From the NCBI GenBank assembly GCA_002269645.1, contig NIVC01000001.1, positions 1,922,001 to 1,986,000 on the forward strand: DNA of 64,000 nt, written 5' to 3'. Origin of the DNA: Macrostomum lignano. Taxonomy: Eukaryota. The position numbers and the translations under genes were made by a program. The notes below the pieces were generated by a model. It was not told the DNA's origin. It was given only the letters and a program-made list of their open reading frames with translations, and did no database searches. Below are positions 11,640-23,600 of this stretch, one piece after another; position 1 is the stretch's first letter; each line of letters begins with the position of its first letter.

Positions 11640-14560
11640 TATAACTGAATTTATTCAATCAATTGATACTGATAATATATAAGACTAGGCCTAAAGATTT
11701 TACTGTTTTTATTAGAGATAGGTGGCTATATATACAATAAGTAACATTTTCATATAACTAGGCCTAGCAAGAGGCATTACTGCCCATTTTGCAAACTCTT
11801 CTAAGCACACAAGCCTCTAAGTGTTGGCCTCGAAGTGCAATAATTACATGAACAAACCCAAGCTAAGATCATAATTTAGCTCCAAAAAGTGATTATATCT
11901 AAAATTGAGCTTATCCATTAGCATATATGAATACTATAATAAACCACTAGACTATGGCCTATAGGGCAAAAAATATCTATTGAAAACCATAGTTTTGCTA
12001 GACTCCAAAAGATATAAACCTAAGCTCTATAGTATTGATATTAGACTTATTATACATCAAAAATAAAAGTCAAATAGGATCATTTTTGGATTAAGATTCT
12101 ATCCTATCTAATTAAAATAAGTATAAAGCAATTGATTGTAATTTTTTAGTATGTTCAAAGTAAAGTTTTGTATATAGCTTTATAATTTAAATATATTAAT
12201 AAATATACAAGGTCAAAGGTCATACTAACATGCCATATGAATATATGATTAGGTATAGTTGAACTTGAAATTGTTATAATCTAAATTGACAATATTCTAT
12301 ATTCTAAAAGGATAAACAGTATATTTTATTTTCAAGACACTTTCCTAGATTGTATAGGCCCTATTACTTTAATTTAAAATTCAAAAGCATATCATTTAAA
12401 TTATTAATTTTGCAATTTTAAATATAGGCCTAGCCTAGGGCCTATATATTTTCATTTTTAAAACTTAATCTAAAATTTTCTAAATGATAGGCATAATATA
12501 TCAAAATGAACCAAATGTATAAAAATAGGCCCTTGCTTGCTTTTTTCCTGGCACATTGCATTCCATGACTATTCTGCCTCTGGTACACTAGGCCCTAGCT
12601 CTGGCTCTGGCTGGCTACACTGCATCTTGATCTTCCTAAACATGGTCATGGTTTTAAGCCCCTTTTAGTGTTAAGCCTACATTGTACCATGTCCATTTCT
12701 TTAAAAATCTTCAATAAAGAGTGAGCAATATTTAAATAAAAACCAGTAAAGCAAGAATAGATAGGCCCTAACATACATGCGCAACTGCTGGCCGACCTGG
12801 CCGATCTGGCCACCGTAAATTGTGGTGGACCAGGAGTAAGTCTTAAAAATGACACCCCAAAAATACATACGTAGTACTAATTAGATGCCGAGGCATGTAG
12901 GCCTGATAAGACAGTTATAGTTACTCATGCCGTTTACCCAAAACTACGTTAATTTTGCTTTAGGGTTTCTTGCACAGGTAAGTCGCATTTTTGGTCAAAA
13001 AGTAAGTCGCATGGCCAGTGTAAATCAGGGGGGTTGCGCATGTATGGGCCCTAATATATTAATAGATAATAAATACAGAAATGAAATCTAACAGAACAAT
13101 ATAGAATTTATAGATCTACTAAATCTGAAAGCTATAAAATGAACAGTCAATGCATACGCCATGCACATACAGATAAGTGACACCTAGTTGCTTTGCTAAT
13201 GCTAACCAACGCCCAATACACACTGGACACTGTAGGCATAGGCCTATAGTCGGTGCACAGATCGGTTTTAGATCCGGAAGAAATCAATACAAGTTAAATG
13301 TGCAAAATTTGCTTGCAATCGCTACGTTAAATACACAGTGATAATGGCTTTTATTGAACAAAAAGTGAGTTTTCTTTTCAAAGAGGGAAGTTTGCCACAC
13401 ACTTTATTTGGGTGTCATAAGAAAGAAACATAGATTAGTTTGTTTTAACTGACATTTTCGAGCGCTTTTAAATGCAATATATTCCTCGAAGTAAATGATT
13501 GTTGAAATATTGGCAGGTGTATTCTTGCACCTGTTTTGCTAACCCTGCAGTACCAATGCAGTCTAACCTCAGTCCTGCACACCGCCAACTTACTATTTTG
13601 AATAAACAGGCGCAAGAGCCATTCTTAAAACGGCTGACGCGCGGCCCGGGAGATGCCTGCTTGACACTCCCGTGGCAAACTTATTAATGAAGTAAATGAT
13701 TGTTGAAATTTTTTATGATTTTACCGGCTTCAATGACAATAGTCTGTCTTCCTCACTACAACAATTACTTTTTAATGTTGCCAGTATACAAGTCTGTCTT
13801 TTTAATTCTAAAAGCTTATTTGGATTTTTCTGTATACTAAATTTTGTTTCTATTGCAATAGGGGCCTATATTAAATATTATATGATTGAACTAAAATTCT
13901 AAAGACCTAGACTTGCTTGATTTCCAGAATAAACCCCATTAAACCCTGTGTTCAAATTTTAAAATCTAAGATACTTAATATTATACATGTACTTTTATTT
14001 CAAAATTTTATCATTAAATCTGGTGCCAAATGCAACAAGTTAAAAATTAGCCAATTTAATATTCAATTTGGGACTATTTGTAGATTTTTTATTGACTCAT
14101 AAACTTCAATGACTCCTAGGCTCTAAACATTTTCTTAAAAAAATTTTGGGAATATGTCTTTACTCATGTTTCTCTTTTCTGTTTTCAAAATATATTATTA
14201 TCTAATTATTTAATTATAGGAATCTCAGTTGAAATTTTATGAATAGTTATGTAATTGCAAAAATTATGTTTAACTTATGTTTTAATTTAAAATATTTTTA
14301 TTTTTAAATGTAACTATACTGTTAATAAAAAAATGTTAATTATACTATATCTATTAACATATATACTATTATTTTTACAAAAACATATTATAGCATATTA
14401 GTGCCAAGACTGGATCTGATGTCTTGCACGCAACAGAGCTATGAACCAATAAATAGCTTAGCAGATGCACAAATGGATGATAATGGTGAGGGTCCTCTGG
14501 CAATTTTAAAATAAATTTCTCTATTAACTTTTTTATTTAAGATCTACACTTATATTTCTT
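11640..14560. promoter_or_regulatory. Probable bidirectional promoter/5' region of TMEM45 (-) and TRPA1 (+)
   Basis: Head-to-head ATGs at 11588 and 14631. AT-rich, CpG-poor flanks with TAGGCCTA clusters around a CpG-containing core (about 12780-13330) with an ETS-like CCGGAAG at 13274. Confidence 0.45.
12772..13046. mobile_element. MITE, 275 bp, 14-bp TIR CATACATGCGCAAC, 8-bp TSD GGCCCTAA (P- or hAT-superfamily non-autonomous element)
   Basis: Perfect inverted termini, identical 8-bp flanking repeats at 12764-12771 and 13047-13054, and internal homology to the copy at 45617-45873. Confidence 0.9.
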
Positions 14561-14630
14561 AGTAAGCCTTCATTTGCATACATTTTTCATTAAATTTATG
14601 AATTATAAAAATCCATCAGCAGGGGAAAGT

Positions 14631-17600
14631 ATGCAGCCTGCTTTGCCGCCCAAAGACAGCAAAGAGGCTGGCCAAGATGTGCAGCAGGAAGATCTGGACA
14701 AGATGGGGGGTGATGCAAAGCCCCAGTTGGTGCGGTTCCTGTCCTCAGACTCTCACCCCGATGCAGAGACTCAGAGAACTCATCGTTCAAAAGGACATCA
14801 TGCAACATTTCAAGAACTGCTTGATGTAAATTTCTCTTGTTTACAGTGAAAGACGCTGGTTTTTAGTGGCAAAAAATAGATGATTTAAAGTTTGGGGGAA
14901 ATGAAGTTTAGGGATATCAAGTTTAAATATAATTAAAGTTTGGGAATCAGAAAATCGGGTAACTCAAAAGTGTAAATTTTTTTGGTTGGGAGGGTAAATC
15001 CACCATTATCTTAATGCCACTTCTAGTGCTAATTAATTTCTTCTTATGGGGCAACCCTGCAAGAATCTAAAAATAGCAACTCCGGTTGGCCCCCGCCGGC
15101 TCTCCACCAGGCCACCAAGGAAGGCCGCACAGCCGAGCTTCTCAGCCTGCTGGGACCGCCGCCAACTTCAGCTTCTGACGCCTCGTTGACGCCGGCTTCT
15201 ACCGCCGCGACCGGCGTCAGCAGCGGCGGTCCAACCGGGCGGCACGCCCTCATCGACAAACGCGACGCCGAAGGCTTCACGTTGCTGCACTATGCGGCCA
15301 GGAATAACCACAGCGACATATGCGAGCTGCTCCTGAAGCGGGGCGCCCGAGTCGACGCGGAGAACGCCGACTTCATGACGCCGCTGCACTTGGCGGCTAA
15401 GTACAGGCGCACCCGGACCAAGGCGGCTCTGGCCGTGAGTTTTGTTTAACTGCTTTTATTCCGGTGTGCCTCTCAGCTGCGCTGCAATATCTGGCCTGGC
15501 ACTGGCAGCGGTTCCTACTGAAGCATCAGTGGTTGTGGGGGCGGGGGCAGCGGTTCCTACTGAAGCATCAGTGGTTGTGGGGGGGGGGGGGCAGGCAGCG
15601 GTTCCTACTGAAGCATCAGTGGTTGTGGGGGCGGGGGCAGCGGCTCCCACTGAAGCATCAGTGCTTGTGGGGGGGGGGCAGCGGCTCCCACTGAAGCATC
15701 GGTGGTTGTGGGGGGGGGGGCAGCGGCTCCCACTGAAGCATCAGTGTTTGTGGGGGGGGGCAGCGGCTCCCACTGAAGCATCGGTGGTTGTGGGGGGGGG
15801 GCAGGCAGCGGCTCCCACTGAAGCATCGGTGGTTGTGGGGGTGGAGGCTGCATGCAGCTGCCTGTCTGGGAAACCAAATCTTATCTTCTAAAGTCTCTCT
15901 GTTTGCTTGCCAGCCTGGCAAACCGGATACCCGCATGCAGCAATAAATGCTAATTTATCCTTGCATAGTACCGCCGCGAACTTTGACATTCTTATCCGGC
16001 CAGCAGCGGCTGAGGCCTTTGGGGAATTGATTTTTACTGGCCGATGTAAAAGTGCACCGGGGCAGTTCGTGTAGACCCAGTTTTCTCTCTCTTTCCCATT
16101 TCCATCGGTCATTCGCAATGCTGCTACCCCTTTTGCTTGTTTGTGTGTACTTTTAAGTTCATAGCTCTATACGCTTGTGTATCTCAGATGTTGGACAGCA
16201 CAGCCTCGTGTCTGACACAGAAAGTTAAGCTTGTAGTAGCTTTAATGCCTGATAATTTATGCGACTTCTCCAACCCTGGCGTTCTTGATGCTACGACTAT
16301 GACCAGTTTGTCTTCCTGATCAATTCCTTTTGGGTTCCAGCGATTCTCCTTTGAGTCTGATCGATTCCCCTTGAGTCCTTGAGCATCTGATCAATACCCC
16401 TTGAGTCCTTGAGCATCTGATCAATTCCCCTTGAGTCCTTGAGCATCTGATCAATTCCCCTTGAGTCCTTGAGCATCTGATCAATTCCCCTTGAGTCCTT
16501 GAGCAACTGATCCATTCCCCTTGAGTCCTTGAGCATCTGATCAATTCCCCTTGAGTCCTTGAGCATCTGATCAATTCCCCTTGAGTCCTTGAGCATCTGA
16601 TCAATTCCCCTTGAGTCCTTGAGCATCTGATCCATTCCCCTTGAGTCCTTGAGCATCTGATCAATTCCCCTTGAGTCCTTGAGCAACTGATCCATTCCCC
16701 TTGAGTCCTTGAGCATCTGATCAATTCCCCTTGAGTCCTTGAGCAACTGATCAATTCCCCTTGAGTCCTTGACCATCTGATCAATTCCCCTTGAGTCCTT
16801 GAGCATCTGATCAATTCCCCTTGAGTCCTTGAGCATCTGATCAATTCCCCTTGAGTCCTTGAGCATCTGATCAATTCCCCTTGAGTCCTTGAGCATCTGA
16901 TCAATTCCCCTTGAGTCCTCAAGCTTCTGATCAATTCCCCTTGAGTCCTTGACCTTCTGATCAATTCCCCTTGAGTCCTTGACCATCTGATCAATTCCCC
17001 TTAAGTCCTTGACCTTCTGATCCGTTCCCATTGAGTCCTTGACCTTCTGATCAATTCCCCTTAAGGCCTTGACCTTCTGATCCGTTCCCATTGAGTCCTT
17101 GACCTTCTGATCAATTCCCCTTGAGTCCTTGAGCATCTGATCAATTCCCCTTGAGTCCTTGAGCATCTGATCAATTCCCCTTGAGTCCTCGAGCATCTGA
17201 TCAATTCCCCTTGAGTCCTCAAGCTTCTGATCAATTCCCCTTGAATCCTTGAGCATCTGATCAATTCCCCTTGAGCCCTTGAGCAACTGATCGATTCCCC
17301 TTGAGTCCTTGAGCATCTGATCAATTCCCCTTGAGTCCTTGAGCTTCTGATCAATTCCCCTTGAGTCCTTGAGCTTCTGATCAATTCCCCTTGAGTCCTC
17401 AAGCTTCTGATCAGTTCCCCTTGAATCCTTGAGCATCTGATCAATTCCCCTTGAGTCCTTGAGCATCTGATCAATTCCCCTTGAGTCCTTGAGCATCTGA
17501 TCAATTCCCGTTGAGTCCTTGAGCATCTGATCAATTCCCCTTGAGTCCTCAAGCTTCTGATCAATTCCCCTTGAGTCCTTGAGCATCTGATCAATTCCCA

Positions 17601-20600
17601 TTGAGTCCTTGAGCATCTGATCAATTCCCCTTGAGTCCTTGAGCATCTGATCAATTCCCCTTGAGTCCTTGAGCATCTGATCAATTCCCCTTGAGTCCTT
17701 GAGCTTCTTATCAATTCCCCTTAAGTCCTTGACTATCTGATTAACTCATTTGGCAGTGACCTTTTAGCCTATATGGATGACCTCGCTACAAAATATTTAA
17801 TAATAAATTTATTTGTATAAAAAAGAATGCTTGATTTTAAATTGACCATTTTTCGATTTTGTAGAATTCGCAAATGTTTTCTTCTTGCATGCCTTTGGTC
17901 CTCTTTACCTGGCCTTTAATTAATTCAAGTTCCTTAGTAACAATTCAAAATTCAAAGCAAATGTATTAATTTTCAGCGCACAAAACTGTCGGCTCAAACA
18001 GCCGGCAGCCAGAGCACCATCGCTACCCTGGCCTCGGTACACACAAATTAATTAATTAATGCGCTTCTATTAACCAGCCAGGTGTTTCCAATTTAAGATC
18101 AACTTGTTATAATATCACCACGCCTCTAGATGTCTTTTGTGTTCGTGTTTTTTTGTCTTTAAAATCATTTTGTCGGAGAGATTTTTAATTGATTTTCTAC
18201 CCTCTTAAAACTGTATTTTTGACTTTTGCGTGATTGATTTATTAGTTTGCCATGCTTTTTCTTGTTCTTTAGTGTAATTTTCTGTGCTTTATTGTACTTT
18301 ACTAGTAATCATCTAGACTGATGGGTCACCTCCAACTCATTGAAAAATGATTTATCCAAAAAATTATTAATTTTAGAGCGAGAGCCTGACGTCTGAGCAG
18401 GAGGCCGGCCCACTGGAGCTGCATGCAAGTGTAAGTGATCCATTTGGCATGTTTAATTAATGTGAACCTTTGACAGCCATGTCCGAGGACAGGGAGTGGG
18501 GTGTGTACATGTACAGTGAGATACCCGAGGACACGGAGTGGGTGTGTACATGTACAGTGAGATACCCGAGGACAGGGAGTGGGGTGTGTACATGTACAGT
18601 GAGATACCCGAGGACAGGGAGTGAGGTGTGTACATGTACAGTGAGATACCCGAGGACAGGGAGTGGGGTGTGTACATGTACAGTGAGATACCCGAGGACA
18701 GGGAGTGAGGTGTGTAGATGTACAGTGAGATACCCGAGGACAGGGAGTGGGGTGTGAACATGTACAGTGAGATACCCGAGGACAGGGAGTGGGGTGTGTA
18801 CATGTACAGTGAGATACCCGAGGACAGGGAGTGGGGTGTGTACATGTACAGTGAGATACCCGAGGACAGGGAGTGAGGTGTGTAGATGTACAGTGAGATA
18901 CCCGAGGACAGGGAGTGAGGTGTGTACATGTACAGTGAGATACCCGAGGACAGGGAGTGAGGTGTGTACATGTACAGTGAGATACCCGAGGACAGGGAGT
19001 GGGGTGTGTACATGTACAGTGAGATACCCGAGGACAGGGAGTGGGGTGTGTACATGTACAGTGAGATACCCGAGGACAGGGAGTGGCGTGTGTACATGTA
19101 CAGTGAGATACCCGAGGACAGGGAGTGGGGTGTGTACATGTACAGTGAGATACCCGAGGATAAATAAAACTTATCTAAATCTAAGCTGTAACATAAGTCT
19201 ATCAAGTTAAACAAATATTTTATCGCAAATCCGCTTTGTGAAGCGATAAAGTTAATACATTTGCCAAAATTTTCAGCAGTCAATTGTCTTAAAGCAGAAG
19301 GTCTGTTGCTTCAAACCTTCATGAACTACATGTATTTGTATAATAAGCTTACCTAAATTTCACTGACCATCTTTACCTTTGAAAGCAAAAATTGAAATTG
19401 CGGTAGCTACTAACTAATTCAAGTCAACAATTGGCACTATGAGAGTTATTAATGTACTAATACGATATACAATTTTATAGCACGCAACAATTTTATACGA
19501 TTTTGAAGTGCGTCAGAATCTAGGTTTTTGCGATTTTTTATGTACTACCATACATAGGCACTTTGGCCTACTAATAAGTAGCATGATGCAGGACAGCTTA
19601 CGAATTGAATTGGATTTTATAAATCTATTGGCTTTTTAGGCATAGACGTTTCTTGGAATATCTTAGGGGCAGTTTTTACCGAAAAACTTCTTAAGCACAA
19701 AAATTGCTAGTGCTTTTGATAGAAGGGAAGGGACACCCAATGTTCGTCTTTTAATATGACTTTAATTTCTTATATCTCTAATAATTCTTATTTGGTAAAG
19801 ATTCTTGTTTATAAAGTTAGGATTCTGTGTTAATTTCCATTCTTAGCTTAGTTAATATAACAGAATGGGGAACAGAATGATAAAATAGATTTATAAAACC
19901 AATGAGGTCGAACTTTCCAAGAAACACAGTTTCCCGTCCCGACTTCAGATCGCATGGCTTCGTGCATCTTTATTGCCTGTCTCATAATACTACTATCAGC
20001 GGCAGTAGCACTAGCAGCATTTAACAGGGAATTTTCAAGAAACGAAGACAAATCGTCATTCCAGGACGAGAACGACGCGGTCAGCTGCCTGCTGAAGGTG
20101 GGCGCCGATTTCACCAAGCGCGACTTTTATGGCTGCACGCCGCTGCACTACGCCGCAATGAATGGCAACCTGGTGGCCGCCCGCCTGCTGCTCAACTTCG
20201 AGCTCAACCAGCGCAAGGACAGCCCTGTTCGGCGGGGCGGATCGGCCTACGCCTCGTCGCTGCCGATCTGGCGGGTAGGCCGTCCAGTCACCGCTGCTGC
20301 ACCCCTCATTTGCCCTCCTCTCACTCCGCTTATCACTCCGCCCCTCTGATGCATTCCTCCCTCATTTCGCTCCATTTCAGCTCCCTCATTCCGCCCTCTC
20401 ATTCCGCCCTCTCATTCCGCCCTCTCATTCCGCCCTCTCATTCCGCCCTCTCATTCCGCCCTCTCATTCCGCCCTCTCATTCCGCCCTCTCATTCCGCCC
20501 TCTCATTCCGCCCTCTCATTCCGCCCTCTCATTCCGCCCTCTCATTCCGCCCTCTCATTCCGCCCTCTCATTCCGCCCTCTCATTCCGCCCTCTCATTCC

Positions 20601-23600
20601 GCCCCCTTATTCCGCCCTCTCATTCCGCCCTCTCATTCCGCCCTCTCATTCCGCCCTCTCATTCCACCCTCTCATTCCGCCCCCTTATTCCGCCCCCCAT
20701 TGCGTCCCTTCATTCCGCCCCCTTATTCCGCCCTCTCATTCCACCCTCTCATTCCGCCCCCTTATTCCGCCCTCTCATTCCACCCTCTCATTCCGCCCCC
20801 TTATTCCGCCCTCTCATTCCACCCTCTCATTCCGCCCCCTTATTCCGCCCCCTTATTCCGCCCCCCATTGCGTCCCTTCATTCCGCCCCCTTATTCCGCC
20901 CTCTCATTCCACCCTCTCATTCCGCCCCCTTATTCCGCCCCCTTATTCCGCCCTCTCATCTGTACCTTCATTCCGCCCCCTTATTCCGCCCTCTCATCTG
21001 TCCCTTCATTCCGCCCCCTTATTCCGCCCTCTCATCTGTACCTTCATTCCGCCCCCTTATTCCGCCCTCTCATCTGTCCCTTCATTCCGCCCTCTCATTC
21101 CACCCTCTCATTCCGCCCCCTTATTCCGCCCCCTTATTCCGCCCTCTCATCTGTCCCTTCATTCCGCCCCCTTATTCCGCCCTCTCATCTGTACCTTCAT
21201 TCCGCCCCCTTATTCCGCCCTCTCATCTGTCCCTTCATTCCGCCCGTCATTCCGCCATCAAATCGCGCCCACCCGCCCCAGATCACGGACAACGAGGACA
21301 TGACGCCGCTTCACCTGGCCTGCGCGCACCGCAAAGCTGACGCCGTTCGCCTCCTCCTGCAAGCGTCGGCCAGCGCCGAGAGCGAGCTGGGCCGGCGGGA
21401 CTACCTGGACCTCGGCGAGACCAGCGGCCAGACGGCGCTGCACTTGGCCTGCTCGGAGAGCGACGCCGACATCTGCGGGCAGTTGCTGGCGGCCGCCGAG
21501 GCAGCTGGCGAAGGCTTCTTGAAAAGATTCGTAAATAAAAAGGATGTCGAACACGTGACCTGCCTGCACTGCGCCGTTGAGCACGGGGCAGTCGACGTGG
21601 TGGAGATGCTGTTGCAGAAAGGTGAGGCCTTCTACCTGTGGCTTTGTGGGGCCCACAATGATGCTGACTTGTCCTATTATAGAGATGCTCAGCACCCTCT
21701 GAGAATATAATAGTTGTAGTTTAGTAAGCCAATTTGTTTGCTTATTTGTTCAAATGGCTGATTACCAAACGGGAATTGTTTTGTCGTAAAGCATGATTAT
21801 ACAGCAAACATATGTTCTCGTGTGTCAGGCGTATCCAATGAGGTTCATTCAGTGTTTGTTTAGTTGAATTTAGTGGATTGGACATGTAAGATTGTATTAA
21901 CAAAAGCTGTTTACGTACCTATTTAGTCTTGATTGGTTGTTTATTAATTTTCGTTTCCTTTCCTAGCTATATCGATTGCATTTGAAGTTGCATTAATTAA
22001 CGTCATGGTTTACGCTATAAGCCGGTTTTAGCTCTCATGCTCGTTTTTCACTATACCTTACGCTTCACATTAATCAGAGGAATTCCAGCCATTGATTTCT
22101 GCTCCTACGTGGCCCACCCCACTCCCCAGCATTACTGTCATTCATTTCTACCCCTCTGCGGCCCACCCCACGTCACAGCATTCCCGCCATTAATTTCTGC
22201 CACTCTGCAGCCCACCCCACTCCTCAGCATTCCTGCCATAAAATTCTGCCCCTCTGCAGCCCACCCCACTCCTCAGCATTCCTGCCATAAAATTCTGCCA
22301 CTCTGCAGCCCACCCCACTCCTCAGCATTCCTGCCATAAAATTCTGCCCCTCTGCGGCCCACCCCACTCCTCAGCGTTCCTGCCATAAAATTCTGCCCCT
22401 CTGCAGCCCCACTCCTCAGCATTCCTGCCATAAAATTCTGCCCCTCTGCAGCCCACCCCACTCCTCCTCAGCATTCCCGCCATTCATTTCTGTCCCTCAG
22501 TGGCCCCCTTACTCCCTGACTATAACTAAAACATTCCTAATAACATTATAAGACAATTTAGCGCTTGTGAATGTCCACAGTATATAAATTAACGTACTGC
22601 TTTTCATATCGTTTCGCCATTGTTCGCTGACTGAAAAAACGCACGACCCGTAATTAAAATGGTGTTAATCTGCATTTTGCATACTGTTTGTTAGTTACTT
22701 CGGGTCAACTCGGCATTGGTGAGTTAAATTTGGCTGCTTGATGGCAGCTCTCCTCGCTTAACTGCAGGTGCTTGGCTATTTTTATTTTAACCATTTAGTT
22801 TGGCAACGGGGGTTTTTTCTGATTTCCGTAGTTCTGAATTTTTATTGCACAGCGGTATAGACGCCATTTTAAGAGGCATTTTGCACCTGAATTTTACTAT
22901 TATTACTTAGTACTTAAGTATCACGTTATCTGCCTTACGTAACTGTGAGAACACTATGGCATTCTCATAGTAAAAGTACATACGATTTTTAACTTGATTC
23001 TTGGGGCTGGCAGAGCCCTGCTACTGCTGCTGCTGCTGCTGCTACTGCTTTCAGAAGCAGAAATCAAGCCAATCAAGTCAGGAATGGCACTGGCTCCACT
23101 GACTACTAACTGACAATTCAAGTCAGCTTCTATCACAATCGGTACTTGTTTTTGCATGCATGATACAATATTTATCATCTTATTTTTACTGCCTTTCTAA
23201 CATTACAACACCTTGACTGTGTTACATCTAATAAAATTTATAAATAAATATAGCAATGCTTTAATTCTAATCTCGATTAAAGCAAGAACAGAAAGCAATA
23301 AAAATTAACTGATTGGCATACTTAAGTCTAACGTCTAAAAATAGAAACTGGCATCAACTTGAGTAACTTCTAAAAATAGCATCAAAACCCTGTACACAAT
23401 TAAAGCGATTCCAGAGCTTCCAGATGAGTAAGTGCAGGTTGAAATCTAATTCTTGTTTAGTGGTTTGCTCTTAATTAATATTTTTCTATTTATTTATGAA
23501 AAAATTATATTTGACACTAATTGCTTGCATCATTTTCTCTTATAATGCATTCCAATTCTATTGCTGCAATCTATGCAAAATTTGAAGCGACTTTGATGCC

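Noticed and set aside
14826-14846. Apparent 21-nt GT..AG mini-intron after TRPA1 exon 1
   Set aside because: Too short, and splicing would place a TGA in frame; the 15111 acceptor gives a sensible ELLD|ATKEG join.
16297-17714. 459-aa repeat ORF ([10 protein letters not shown])n
   Set aside because: 30-bp intronic minisatellite antisense to TRPA1; open in several frames.
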